Assembly (NCBI GenBank): GCA_944381635.1
Contig: CALWLY010000017.1
Span: 15,026 to 79,025 of the forward strand
DNA from: an uncultured Lachnospiraceae bacterium
GTDB lineage: Bacteria > Bacillota > Clostridia > Lachnospirales > Lachnospiraceae
Length of the DNA: 64,000 nucleotides
Direction of reading: 5' to 3'
This document shows positions 19,591 through 26,879 of this stretch, one piece after another. The notes beneath the pieces were generated by a model. The model saw only the letters and a list, made by a program, of their open reading frames with translations. It was not told the origin of the DNA and searched no databases. Numbering within the stretch: position 1 is the first letter of the stretch; each line of letters opens with the position of its first letter. The position numbers and the translations under genes were made by a program.

Positions 19591-20577
19591 TCAGTCGTCA
19601 ATATCGTCAGCATCGTCATAGATATCGTCAGCGTCGTCGTAGATATCATCGGCATCGTCGTAGATATCGTCAGCATCGTCGTAGATATCATCAGCGTCGT
19701 CGTAGATATCATCGGCATCGTCGTAGATATCGTCAGCGTCGTCATAGACATCGTCAGCATCGTCGTAGATATCATCAGCATCATCATAGATATCATCGGC
19801 ATCGTCACGGATGTCGTCAGCATCATCAGCTCCGTCAACTTCTGCTTCCAGAACTTTTCCGCTGAATGCGTCTACTTCATATTCATATTCTTTATTGTCC
19901 AGAGTAAATTCGATTTCATAAACTCCATCGTCAATATCGTAATCTTTTTCCACGAACTGCAGGTCATCGGATTCCAGCTGTGCTTTCAGAATTTCTTCTG
20001 CGGTCTGAGCATTGATGTAGCCTTTTGCACGGTAGTTGTCGTCGTAATCATCAGAATCAATGGCAATAGGTTCAGAATCCATCTGACGTTCGGAAACAAG
20101 AGTGCGGACATCATCTGCAATATCTGTCAGAAAGTGGTCGTTAGGTAAAGCAGAGTCGGGATCCAGTTTCAGAATAATGTTTTTCTCATGGCCATCTACA
20201 GTTGCGTCGAAATAACCTGCCTCGTCAATGTCCGTCACGAGAGAGCGAACGGTTTCCTGAACCGGCTGGCCTTTGTAAGCCTGTGCATCCTGAATAATTT
20301 TTTTACCGTCATCGTTAAGACCTTCGATTTCCGTCACGTTTCCTGCGGAATCGTATTCGATTTCAATCTCCGGATTGACACTTAAAAGAAGAGAGCCGAT
20401 ACTTTCGGAATGATTGTCAGCGGTTGATGTTGTCTCCGGCTGTGTGGTTTCCACCGGAGCGCTGGTGGAGATGTTTGCTGTTTCCTGATTCTGGCATCCT
20501 GTCATGAGAGTCATTCCCATAAGAGCAGCTCCTGCAAAACTGATTGAAAATAATTTTCTGCCTAAGTTTTTTTTCAT
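19591..20577 (-). CDS. lipoprotein with RsgI-ectodomain-like region, PepSY domain and C-terminal (DDADDIY)n acidic repeat
   Basis: Lipobox LMTGC. The segment VNPEIEIEYDSAGNVTEIEGLNDDGKKII aligns by eye to RsgI INPSVQLDVSRSHRVVGITALNEDGASLI. PepSY-like segment DDGVYEIEFTLDNKEYEYEVDAFSGKVLEAEVD. About 11 heptads at the C-terminus. Confidence 0.75.
   Translation of the reverse strand: MKKNLGRKLFSISFAGAALMGMTLMTGCQNQETANISTSAPVETTQPETTSTADNHSESIGSLLLSVNPEIEIEYDSAGNVTEIEGLNDDGKKIIQDAQAYKGQPVQETVRSLVTDIDEAGYFDATVDGHEKNIILKLDPDSALPNDHFLTDIADDVRTLVSERQMDSEPIAIDSDDYDDNYRAKGYINAQTAEEILKAQLESDDLQFVEKDYDIDDGVYEIEFTLDNKEYEYEVDAFSGKVLEAEVDGADDADDIRDDADDIYDDADDIYDDADDVYDDADDIYDDADDIYDDADDIYDDADDIYDDADDIYDDADDIYDDADDIDD
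19594..19830 (-). repeat. 21-bp tandem coding repeat (about 11 units) encoding DDADDIY
   Basis: Period-21 units of the form GTCGTAGATATC(A/G)TC(A/G)GC(A/G)TC. Units differ mostly at synonymous third positions. Confidence 0.9.
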
Positions 20578-20634
20578 AAAATAGTATCCTCCTTTATCTT
20601 TGCCTGAAGAAATGATTTTGTTTTTCTGTTAACA

Positions 20635-20665
20635 GTATACGAAGCATTTTTTCTAAAAAGGGGGT
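20635..20665 (-). promoter_or_regulatory. sigma-I-like promoter ACCCC-N19-CGTATACT upstream of the acidic PepSY lipoprotein gene
   Basis: Minus strand reads CAACCCCCTTTTTAGAAAAAATGCTTCGTATACTG. It has the same spacing and the same CGTATACT element as the site upstream of sigI. Confidence 0.5.
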
Positions 20666-20685
20666 TGCGGAAAAAAATTTTAAAA

Positions 20686-21744
20686 TTAATCGTCGTCATC
20701 ATCCCCATCATCATCGTCTCCCTCATCATCATCATCGTCATCGTCGTCGTCATTATCATCATCGTCATCATCATCGGAATCTGCCGGGGGAGAAACCACA
20801 CTGCCGCCTGCAGCCGGAGCGGAGGGAAGTGTACTGTCATTTGGAGCCGGAAGCGATGAGGGGGCAGGAGTGCTGCCCGTATTGTCCGCAGGCACATTTA
20901 CACTGCTGCCTGCGGCAGGAATATCATCGTCATCCCTATCATCGATGTCGTCTTCTATATCATCCACGTCATCGTCCGTATCATCGTCATCTATATCACT
21001 GACGTCATCATCCATGTCATCACTGTCATCATCTGCATCATCATCGTCCTCATAGATATCATCCATATCGTCCGCATCCTCATAAGAATCGGCCGGCAAA
21101 GGAGCTGAGGGAGTATTGACGGCAGGCTGTGAAGAAGGATTCCGTGTTTCCGAAGAAGAATCCTCAGAGCTGCCGGGGGATACAACAATTACAATCGTGT
21201 AATCTTTTAAATGTTCTTCCAGGTTTTGAGACAACTGTTTTTCGGATTGTTCCTTCCACTGGCTGCTTCCTCCGGAAACGGAAATAACAATCTCTCCGCT
21301 GGGAGCAAGGAAGCCCATGGAAATAGCACGGTCCGCAAGCTCATCAGCTACGGTAGTGTAGTCTTTTCCGTGGTAGTCATAGTCGTCGATCAAAGAAGCT
21401 CCGTCTTCATTCAGAGCGGTAATGCCGACTACGCGGTGGGATCTGCTCACATCGAGTTGTACGCTGGGATTGATCTGCATTTGAATCTGTGCGTAGGAGG
21501 CAAAAACATAAAAGTACCGTTCTGTACCAATAAGCGCAAGAAATAAGCAGGCAGCGGCTGCGAGAACGGTTATGGATTTCGGAATCCGAAGTCCTTTTTT
21601 TCCGGAAGGAGTATCTTTCAGCAAAATTACGTCAGTTACGGTTTGACCTGTCTGATATCCACGGTTTGCAGCTTTCAGAAAGCAGCCTTTTTCATCCAAC
21701 ACGATCACATAGGCAGGATGTACTTCCATTACAAGATATTTCAT
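20686..21744 (-). CDS. rsgI: anti-sigma-I factor RsgI family, with highly acidic C-terminal ectodomain
   Basis: RsgI_N-like N-terminus (MKYLVMEVHPAYVIVLDEKGCFLKAANRGYQTGQTV), one TM helix, an extracytoplasmic domain, then two aspartate-rich blocks that end in a 31-aa near-pure Asp tail. Its ATGA start overlaps the sigI stop. Confidence 0.8.
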   Translation of the reverse strand: MKYLVMEVHPAYVIVLDEKGCFLKAANRGYQTGQTVTDVILLKDTPSGKKGLRIPKSITVLAAAACLFLALIGTERYFYVFASYAQIQMQINPSVQLDVSRSHRVVGITALNEDGASLIDDYDYHGKDYTTVADELADRAISMGFLAPSGEIVISVSGGSSQWKEQSEKQLSQNLEEHLKDYTIVIVVSPGSSEDSSSETRNPSSQPAVNTPSAPLPADSYEDADDMDDIYEDDDDADDDSDDMDDDVSDIDDDDTDDDVDDIEDDIDDRDDDDIPAAGSSVNVPADNTGSTPAPSSLPAPNDSTLPSAPAAGGSVVSPPADSDDDDDDDNDDDDDDDDDEGDDDDGDDDDD

Positions 21745-22481
21745 TGACTGTCACCGCCTTTCCTGTCCGGAGAAATTTTACATAAATGTCCCCGAATGAT
21801 TTCATAGCCGTTTGTATAAGCTATAAGAATGGCAACCAGATATTTTCTGTGTCGCTCAAGCGTCTTTTTTTCGACACCGGTATTATCGGATAATTCTGCA
21901 ATGGGAAGTTTTCCTGTCTGAGCAACGGCAGACAGAACAGCGGAATGCGACTTTGCATAAGCCAGAATTTTTCCGCAGGCCTGAAGGGTGCGTTCCTGTT
22001 TGGGACAGTTATCTGCTACATCGGAAAAAGAGATGCCAAAATTTTGAAGCTGTTTCCCGTATTCCTCAATTTCTTCTGCGGCAGCAGTTCTGTGATGAAA
22101 GGTTTCCACGTCGTTGTGTGTGTCCTCGATTTTATCAAGAAGCGTTGTATGGCCGTCGTCGTCTCCGGCAGGTTCATACAGAGAAATCGAGGAAGAATGT
22201 CGTTTTTCTTTCCGATAGTGGTCAATCAGACGATTTTTGATGTTCCTGGCAGCAAGGGAAAGAAAGTTTCCCTTTTTCACGTCATAGCCTAAAATAGACT
22301 CGTAAAAGGCAAACATGGCAATGCTCAGTTCATCATCCATTCCGTCCTGAGGAAAACGATGAATGAATTTGGCTGTTTCGGAACGGATAAATCCCATATA
22401 TTTTTCTATCAAAGCGTCTGCGGCCTGGGTATCCGTTTTTGCAGCATGAATTAAATTGACAATTTCATGTTGTTCATGCAT
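21741..22481 (-). CDS. sigI: RNA polymerase sigma factor SigI
   Basis: By-eye similarity to B. subtilis SigI along the full length (FGISFSDVADNCPKQERTLQACGKILA; VEKKTLERHRKYLVAILIAYTNGYEIIRGHL). It is translationally coupled to rsgI. Confidence 0.85.
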   Translation of the reverse strand: MHEQHEIVNLIHAAKTDTQAADALIEKYMGFIRSETAKFIHRFPQDGMDDELSIAMFAFYESILGYDVKKGNFLSLAARNIKNRLIDHYRKEKRHSSSISLYEPAGDDDGHTTLLDKIEDTHNDVETFHHRTAAAEEIEEYGKQLQNFGISFSDVADNCPKQERTLQACGKILAYAKSHSAVLSAVAQTGKLPIAELSDNTGVEKKTLERHRKYLVAILIAYTNGYEIIRGHLCKISPDRKGGDSQ

Positions 22482-22515
22482 GACAGAATAATCCTTTCTT
22501 TACATTCCTGTTAAA

Positions 22516-22546
22516 GTATACGCAGGAAAAAAATTTTTTTTGGGGT
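22516..22546 (-). promoter_or_regulatory. sigma-I-like autoregulatory promoter ACCCC-N19-CGTATACT upstream of sigI
   Basis: Minus strand reads TGACCCCAAAAAAAATTTTTTTCCTGCGTATACTTT, about 35 nt upstream of the sigI ATG. Confidence 0.5.
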
Positions 22547-22732
22547 CATACGTAAGTTTCCCGTAAAATGTATCATAAAAGAAGGAAAGATGGATAAAGG
22601 AGAGGTTATATATGTGTTAAATGTATGTTAAATATCGGATCATAAGGGTAAAGATGTGAAAGAACGGAAAATTGTGGACGGTAATACGAAAGTTTAATAA
22701 AAATCAGGGAAGAAAAAGGGAAAAGAAAATAA

Positions 22733-22896
22733 GTAATAGTTCAGCCCGCGCCATTCGAAAAACCGCACTGACGTGCTTACTGCGGCTGCGCCGCTGTTTT
22801 CCTCATTGACTGGCGTTTAGTTCATCTGCGCATCGGCGGCAGGATTTTTATGCGAGCATAAATCCAGCCACCGATGACAGATGGCTGAACTGTTAC
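22733..22896 (+). mobile_element. MITE-like structured repeat, copy A (164 bp)
   Basis: Terminal inverted repeats GTAATAGTTCAGCC / GGCTGAACTGTTAC. It is flanked on both sides by the direct repeat GAAAATAA (22725-22732 and 22897-22904). It is near-identical over half its length to copy C in inverted orientation. Confidence 0.7.
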
Positions 22897-22925
22897 GAAA
22901 ATAATAATAAAAATGGAAGAAATGA

Positions 22926-23248
22926 TTGACAAAAAAAAATCGAGAGACTATGATGTAAGCATATTTATAAAAAAAGCGTTGACAGGAAGAGTATGGCATT
23001 GGAAGCGGACAGAGAGAAAGGCATATGGTGGAAGCCTTTTGCGCAGGAAAATGCAGGAAGACCACCCTGGAGCGTCCCTTAATCGGGAACGGTGATTCCG
23101 TTATCATCACAGATGAGAGGCATGCAGGTCAGGATTTTGTTTCCGTTGATTTCATAGGTCTGAAAGCTATGCATGCAAGCAGGGTGGAACCGCGTGAACA
23201 GACGTCCCTTCAGAAAGCATTTAACCATGTTTTCTGGAGGGTTTTTTT
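22926..23248 (+). promoter_or_regulatory. T-box riboswitch (Thr, specifier ACC) with its promoter and terminator, controlling thrS
   Basis: Promoter TTGACA-17-TATGAT (22926-22954). AGAGAG box, specifier-loop context GAAG-ACC-A at 23061-23063, T-box sequence AGCAGGGTGGAACCGCG at about 23179-23195, and terminator CCCTTCAGAAA ... TTTTCTGGAGGG plus T7 (23206-23248). Confidence 0.85.
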
Positions 23249-23311
23249 ATACGGTAGGCTGCCGTATAAAAAAGAAGAACCGGACAAGCAGAAAAAGGAG
23301 GAAAACAGCAC

Positions 23312-25240
23312 ATGAACATCATATTAAAAGATGGAAGTCATAAGGAGTACAGCCAGCCAATGACAATTTTGGAAGTGGCAAAAGATATCAGCGAAGGTTT
23401 GGCAAGAGCAGCCTGTGCAGGAGAAGTGAATGGAGAGGTGCAGGATTTGCGGACAGTACTTTCCGAGGACTGCCACCTGAATATTTTGACAGCAAAGGAT
23501 GAGAGCGGTCTGGCAGCTCTGCGTCACACAGCCAGCCATGTGATGGCACAGGCAATCAAACGCCTTTATCCGGAAACAAAGCTTGCAATTGGACCGTCCA
23601 TTGCAGATGGTTTTTATTATGATTTTGAATTTGCATCTCCGCTTACCAGCGATGACTTTGGAAAAATCGAAGCAGAAATGAAAAAGATTATCAAAGAAAA
23701 TCTTCCGATTGAACGCTTTGTACTTCCCAGAGAAGAAGCAATCAAACTGATGCAGGAAAGAAACGAACCTTACAAAGTGGAACTGATTGAAGACCTGGAG
23801 GAAGGCGAAGAGATCAGTTTTTATAAACAGGGTGAATTTGTGGATCTGTGCGCAGGCCCTCATCTGATGAGCACCAAATACGTAGGAAAGGCATTTAAGT
23901 TAATGAGCCTTGCAGGCGCTTACTGGAGAGGCGATGAGCACAATAAGATGCTGACTCGTATCTATGCAACAGCTTTTGGCACAAAAGAAGAGCTGGAAGC
24001 TTATGAAACTATGATGGAGGAAGCAAAAAAGAGAGACCACAGAAAACTGGGAAAAGAACTGGGACTGTTCATGATGCATGAAGCAGGACCGGGATTCCCG
24101 TTCTTCCTTCCTAAAGGAATGGTATTAAAAAACGTTTTGCTGGATTACTGGAGAGAAGTCCACAGAAAAGCCGGCTATGTGGAAATTTCCACACCTGTTA
24201 TATTAAACCGCAGTCTCTGGGAGACATCTGGTCACTGGGCTCACTATAAAGACAATATGTATACTACGGTAATCGACGGAGAAGATTATGCAGTCAAACC
24301 GATGAACTGCCCGGGCGGCGTGCTTGTGTATGCTTCAGAGCCCCGTTCGTATCGTGATCTGCCGCTGAGAATGGGAGAACTGGGACTGGTTCACAGACAT
24401 GAGAAATCCGGACAGATGCACGGACTGATGCGTGTTCGCTGCTTTACACAGGACGATGCTCATATTTTCATGACACCGGAGCAGATCAAAGAGGAAATTA
24501 AAAATGTGGCAAAGCTTATCGATGAAGTATATTCCCTGTTTGGTTTCCGTTATCATGTAGAACTTTCTACAAGACCGGAAGACAGCATGGGAAGTGATGA
24601 AGATTGGGAACTGGCAACAGATGCGCTCAGAAACGCCCTGGATGAGCTGAACCTTCCTTATGTAGTCAACGAGGGAGACGGAGCTTTCTATGGACCTAAG
24701 ATTGATTTCCATCTGCAGGACTCCATCGGACGTACCTGGCAGTGCGGAACGATCCAGCTTGATTTCCAGCTTCCTCAGCGTTTTGAACTGGAATACACAG
24801 GCGCAGACGGAGAAAAACATCGCCCGATTATGATCCACCGTGTAGTATTCGGTTCTATCGAGCGTTTCATCGGAATTTTAATCGAGCATTTTGCAGGAGC
24901 ATTTCCGACATGGCTTGCGCCCGTTCAGGTAAAAGTTCTTCCAATCTCCGACAAGTATGCGGATTATGCTGAAAAAGTATGCTGCGAGCTTTGCGATACA
25001 GGAATCCGTGCGGAGACAGATATGCGCTCCGAGAAAATCGGCTACAAGATCCGTGAAGCACAGACTTCTAAAATTCCGTACATGCTGATCGTCGGTCAGA
25101 AGGAAGAGGAAGAAGGCAGTGTATCCGTAAGAAGCCGTTTTGCCGGTGATGAAGGAAGCATGGAACTTCAGGAGTTTGTCGGCAGAATAAAGGAAGAAAT
25201 AGACGGCAAAATCCAACGCCAGACAGAGAAAAAAGATTGA
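23312..25240 (+). CDS. thrS: threonine--tRNA ligase
   Basis: 642 aa with a TGS N-terminus (MNIILKDGSHKEY), a class II core and an anticodon-binding domain. It lies directly downstream of a Thr T-box. Confidence 0.96.
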   Translation: MNIILKDGSHKEYSQPMTILEVAKDISEGLARAACAGEVNGEVQDLRTVLSEDCHLNILTAKDESGLAALRHTASHVMAQAIKRLYPETKLAIGPSIADGFYYDFEFASPLTSDDFGKIEAEMKKIIKENLPIERFVLPREEAIKLMQERNEPYKVELIEDLEEGEEISFYKQGEFVDLCAGPHLMSTKYVGKAFKLMSLAGAYWRGDEHNKMLTRIYATAFGTKEELEAYETMMEEAKKRDHRKLGKELGLFMMHEAGPGFPFFLPKGMVLKNVLLDYWREVHRKAGYVEISTPVILNRSLWETSGHWAHYKDNMYTTVIDGEDYAVKPMNCPGGVLVYASEPRSYRDLPLRMGELGLVHRHEKSGQMHGLMRVRCFTQDDAHIFMTPEQIKEEIKNVAKLIDEVYSLFGFRYHVELSTRPEDSMGSDEDWELATDALRNALDELNLPYVVNEGDGAFYGPKIDFHLQDSIGRTWQCGTIQLDFQLPQRFELEYTGADGEKHRPIMIHRVVFGSIERFIGILIEHFAGAFPTWLAPVQVKVLPISDKYADYAEKVCCELCDTGIRAETDMRSEKIGYKIREAQTSKIPYMLIVGQKEEEEGSVSVRSRFAGDEGSMELQEFVGRIKEEIDGKIQRQTEKKD

Positions 25241-25264
25241 CAGACATTTTAGGACTGTTATAAT
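25237..25264 (+). promoter_or_regulatory. sigma-A promoter of the glnA leader
   Basis: TTGACA (overlapping the thrS stop codon), 16-nt spacer, extended -10 TGtTATAAT. Confidence 0.6.
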
Positions 25265-25374
25265 AAAAGCAGATTTCAAAACAGCAGTGCCTCTGGTATG
25301 GGCATAGATGCTGCATACAGGCAGACCGTATGGTTCGGGATGTTTTTCCTGTATACCTACACTGGCATGAAGTA

Positions 25375-25390
25375 AGAACAAAGGCGTTCT
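25375..25390 (+). promoter_or_regulatory. putative antiterminator hairpin AGAAC-AAAGGC-GTTCT (AAMGGC hexaloop family)
   Basis: 5-bp stem with hexaloop AAAGGC. GGCGTTCT is also the start of the terminator's 5' arm. Confidence 0.55.
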
Positions 25391-25427
25391 AAACTGAGGT
25401 ACCTCAGTTTAGAGCGCCCTTTTTTTA
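25383..25427 (+). terminator. intrinsic terminator in the glnA leader (attenuator)
   Basis: 17-bp arms GGCGTTCTAAACTGAGG / CCTCAGTTTAGAGCGCC (one G.U pair) followed by CTTTTTTT. Confidence 0.8.
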
Positions 25428-25509
25428 CTCAATATGAGTAAAAAAGGGCATAAATGCACATGATGCGCGAGAAGAAAATGCTGCCAAAAGCAGCTGCGCT
25501 TCGGCGCGA

Positions 25510-25534
25510 TAGTCCGCAAGCGGACTATTATTTT
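25510..25534 (+). terminator. second, weaker terminator-like hairpin in the glnA leader
   Basis: TAGTCCG-CAAG-CGGACTA followed by TTATTTT, about 30 nt before the glnA start. Confidence 0.35.
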
Positions 25535-25562
25535 AATACCGATACGAAAAGGAGAGGATGGA

Positions 25563-26843
25563 ATGTATACAAAACAGGAAATACTGAGAATGGTGGAAGA
25601 GGAGGATGTGGAATTTATAAGACTTCAGTTTACGGATGCGTTCGGAACACTGCGGAATATAGCCGTGCCGGCAGGGCAGTTGGATAGGGCTCTTTCCAGG
25701 CAATTTCGCATCGAAGGTTCTTCCATCCGTGAATTTTTGTGGAATGAGGATGAGGATGTGTATCTTTATCCGGATCCGGATACTTTTACGATTCTTCCCT
25801 GGAGACCCCAGCAGGGGAAAGTGGCAAGACTTTTGTGTGATATCTACCGTTCGGACGATACGCCTTTAAGCGAAAGCCCCAGATCGATTTTAAAGAAGGT
25901 ATTATGCCGGGCAGACAAACTTGGTTATACCTTTCAGGTAAAACCGGAATGTGAATTTTTCCTGTTTCATACGGATGAAAACGGGATTCCCACCACATTG
26001 ACCCATGAACAGGCGGGATATCTGGATATCAGCCCTTTGGATCTGGGAGAAAACGCCAGACGGGATATGATCCAGACACTGGAGGAAATGGGATTTGAGA
26101 TAGAATCTTCCCACCACGAACTGGCTCCGGCTCAGCATGAGATTGATTTTCATTACGCAGACGGGATCAGCACCGCAGACCGGATTGTTACCTTTAAATC
26201 GGCGGTGCGTTCCATTGCCAAAAGGCATGGGCTGCACGCCACCTTTATGCCGAAGCCGAAAGCAGGGACGGCAGGTTCCGGCATGCATATTCATATGAGC
26301 CTTTGGAAAGACGGAAGAAATATTTTTGAAGATGCCGACAGGGAAAACGGACTGAGTGTGGAGGCGGAATATTTCATCGGAGGAATCTTAAAGCATATCA
26401 AAGGAATGACAGTGATTGCCAATCCTCTTGTAAATTCCTATAAACGGCTGATATCGGGTTTTGAGGCGCCGGGAGAGATAAACTGGTCTGTGAAAAGTTC
26501 CAATGTGCTGATCCGGGCGGTAAGGCGAAGAGAGGAGACGGTGATTGAGCTTCGCTCTCCGGATCCTTCTGCCAACCCTTATCTGCTGCTCGCTTTGTGC
26601 TTAGAGGCAGGACTTTGGGGAATGGAGAAAAAAATACTGCCCTCAGAAGCCGTAAATGGAAGAGATTTCCTACCTCAGACGCTCAAAGAGGCTGTAGCTG
26701 CATGCAGAGAGGATGAGTTTATAAAAGACGTGCTGGGCGAAAAATTTCTGGAGCCTTATCTTGCTGCCAAGGAAAAAGAATGGCTGGAATATATGACACA
26801 GGTTACAGACTGGGAAATTCAGGAATATCTTTACCGCACTTGA
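25563..26843 (+). CDS. glnA: glutamine synthetase, type I
   Basis: 426 aa with a GS beta-grasp N-terminus (VEFIRLQFTDAFGTLRNIAV) and a catalytic domain (HHELAPAQHEIDF, GSGMHIHMSL). RBS is AAAGGAGAGG. Confidence 0.93.
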   Translation: MYTKQEILRMVEEEDVEFIRLQFTDAFGTLRNIAVPAGQLDRALSRQFRIEGSSIREFLWNEDEDVYLYPDPDTFTILPWRPQQGKVARLLCDIYRSDDTPLSESPRSILKKVLCRADKLGYTFQVKPECEFFLFHTDENGIPTTLTHEQAGYLDISPLDLGENARRDMIQTLEEMGFEIESSHHELAPAQHEIDFHYADGISTADRIVTFKSAVRSIAKRHGLHATFMPKPKAGTAGSGMHIHMSLWKDGRNIFEDADRENGLSVEAEYFIGGILKHIKGMTVIANPLVNSYKRLISGFEAPGEINWSVKSSNVLIRAVRRREETVIELRSPDPSANPYLLLALCLEAGLWGMEKKILPSEAVNGRDFLPQTLKEAVAACREDEFIKDVLGEKFLEPYLAAKEKEWLEYMTQVTDWEIQEYLYRT

Positions 26844-26879
26844 GAAAACGCGCCGTTTGCCGCGTGGAAGGGAGGTGCT

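Noticed and set aside
19594-19830. Possible CRISPR array, because of the regular short repeats
   Set aside because: The period is 21 bp with no spacers, it lies inside a coding frame, and no cas genes are present.
19557-20148. ORFs 19573-20148 (+) and 19557-19838 (-), which translate the acidic repeat in other frames or on the other strand (IV/VD and MT/ST repeats)
   Set aside because: They are artefacts of the 21-bp tandem repeat. The lipoprotein frame has a signal peptide, a lipobox, a PepSY domain and an RBS.
23025-23315. 96-aa ORF upstream of thrS
   Set aside because: It lies entirely inside the T-box leader (specifier loop, T-box sequence and terminator), so it is non-coding RNA.
25265-25374. 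A canonical upstream ANTAR P1 hairpin (second hexaloop with A1/G4) in the glnA leader and the other three leaders
   Set aside because: Manual inspection found none. CTGC-ATACAG-GCAG has C at loop position 4. In the carAB and GSIII leaders the predicted start site leaves no room. I therefore describe a single-hairpin device and flag the ANTAR link as a hypothesis.
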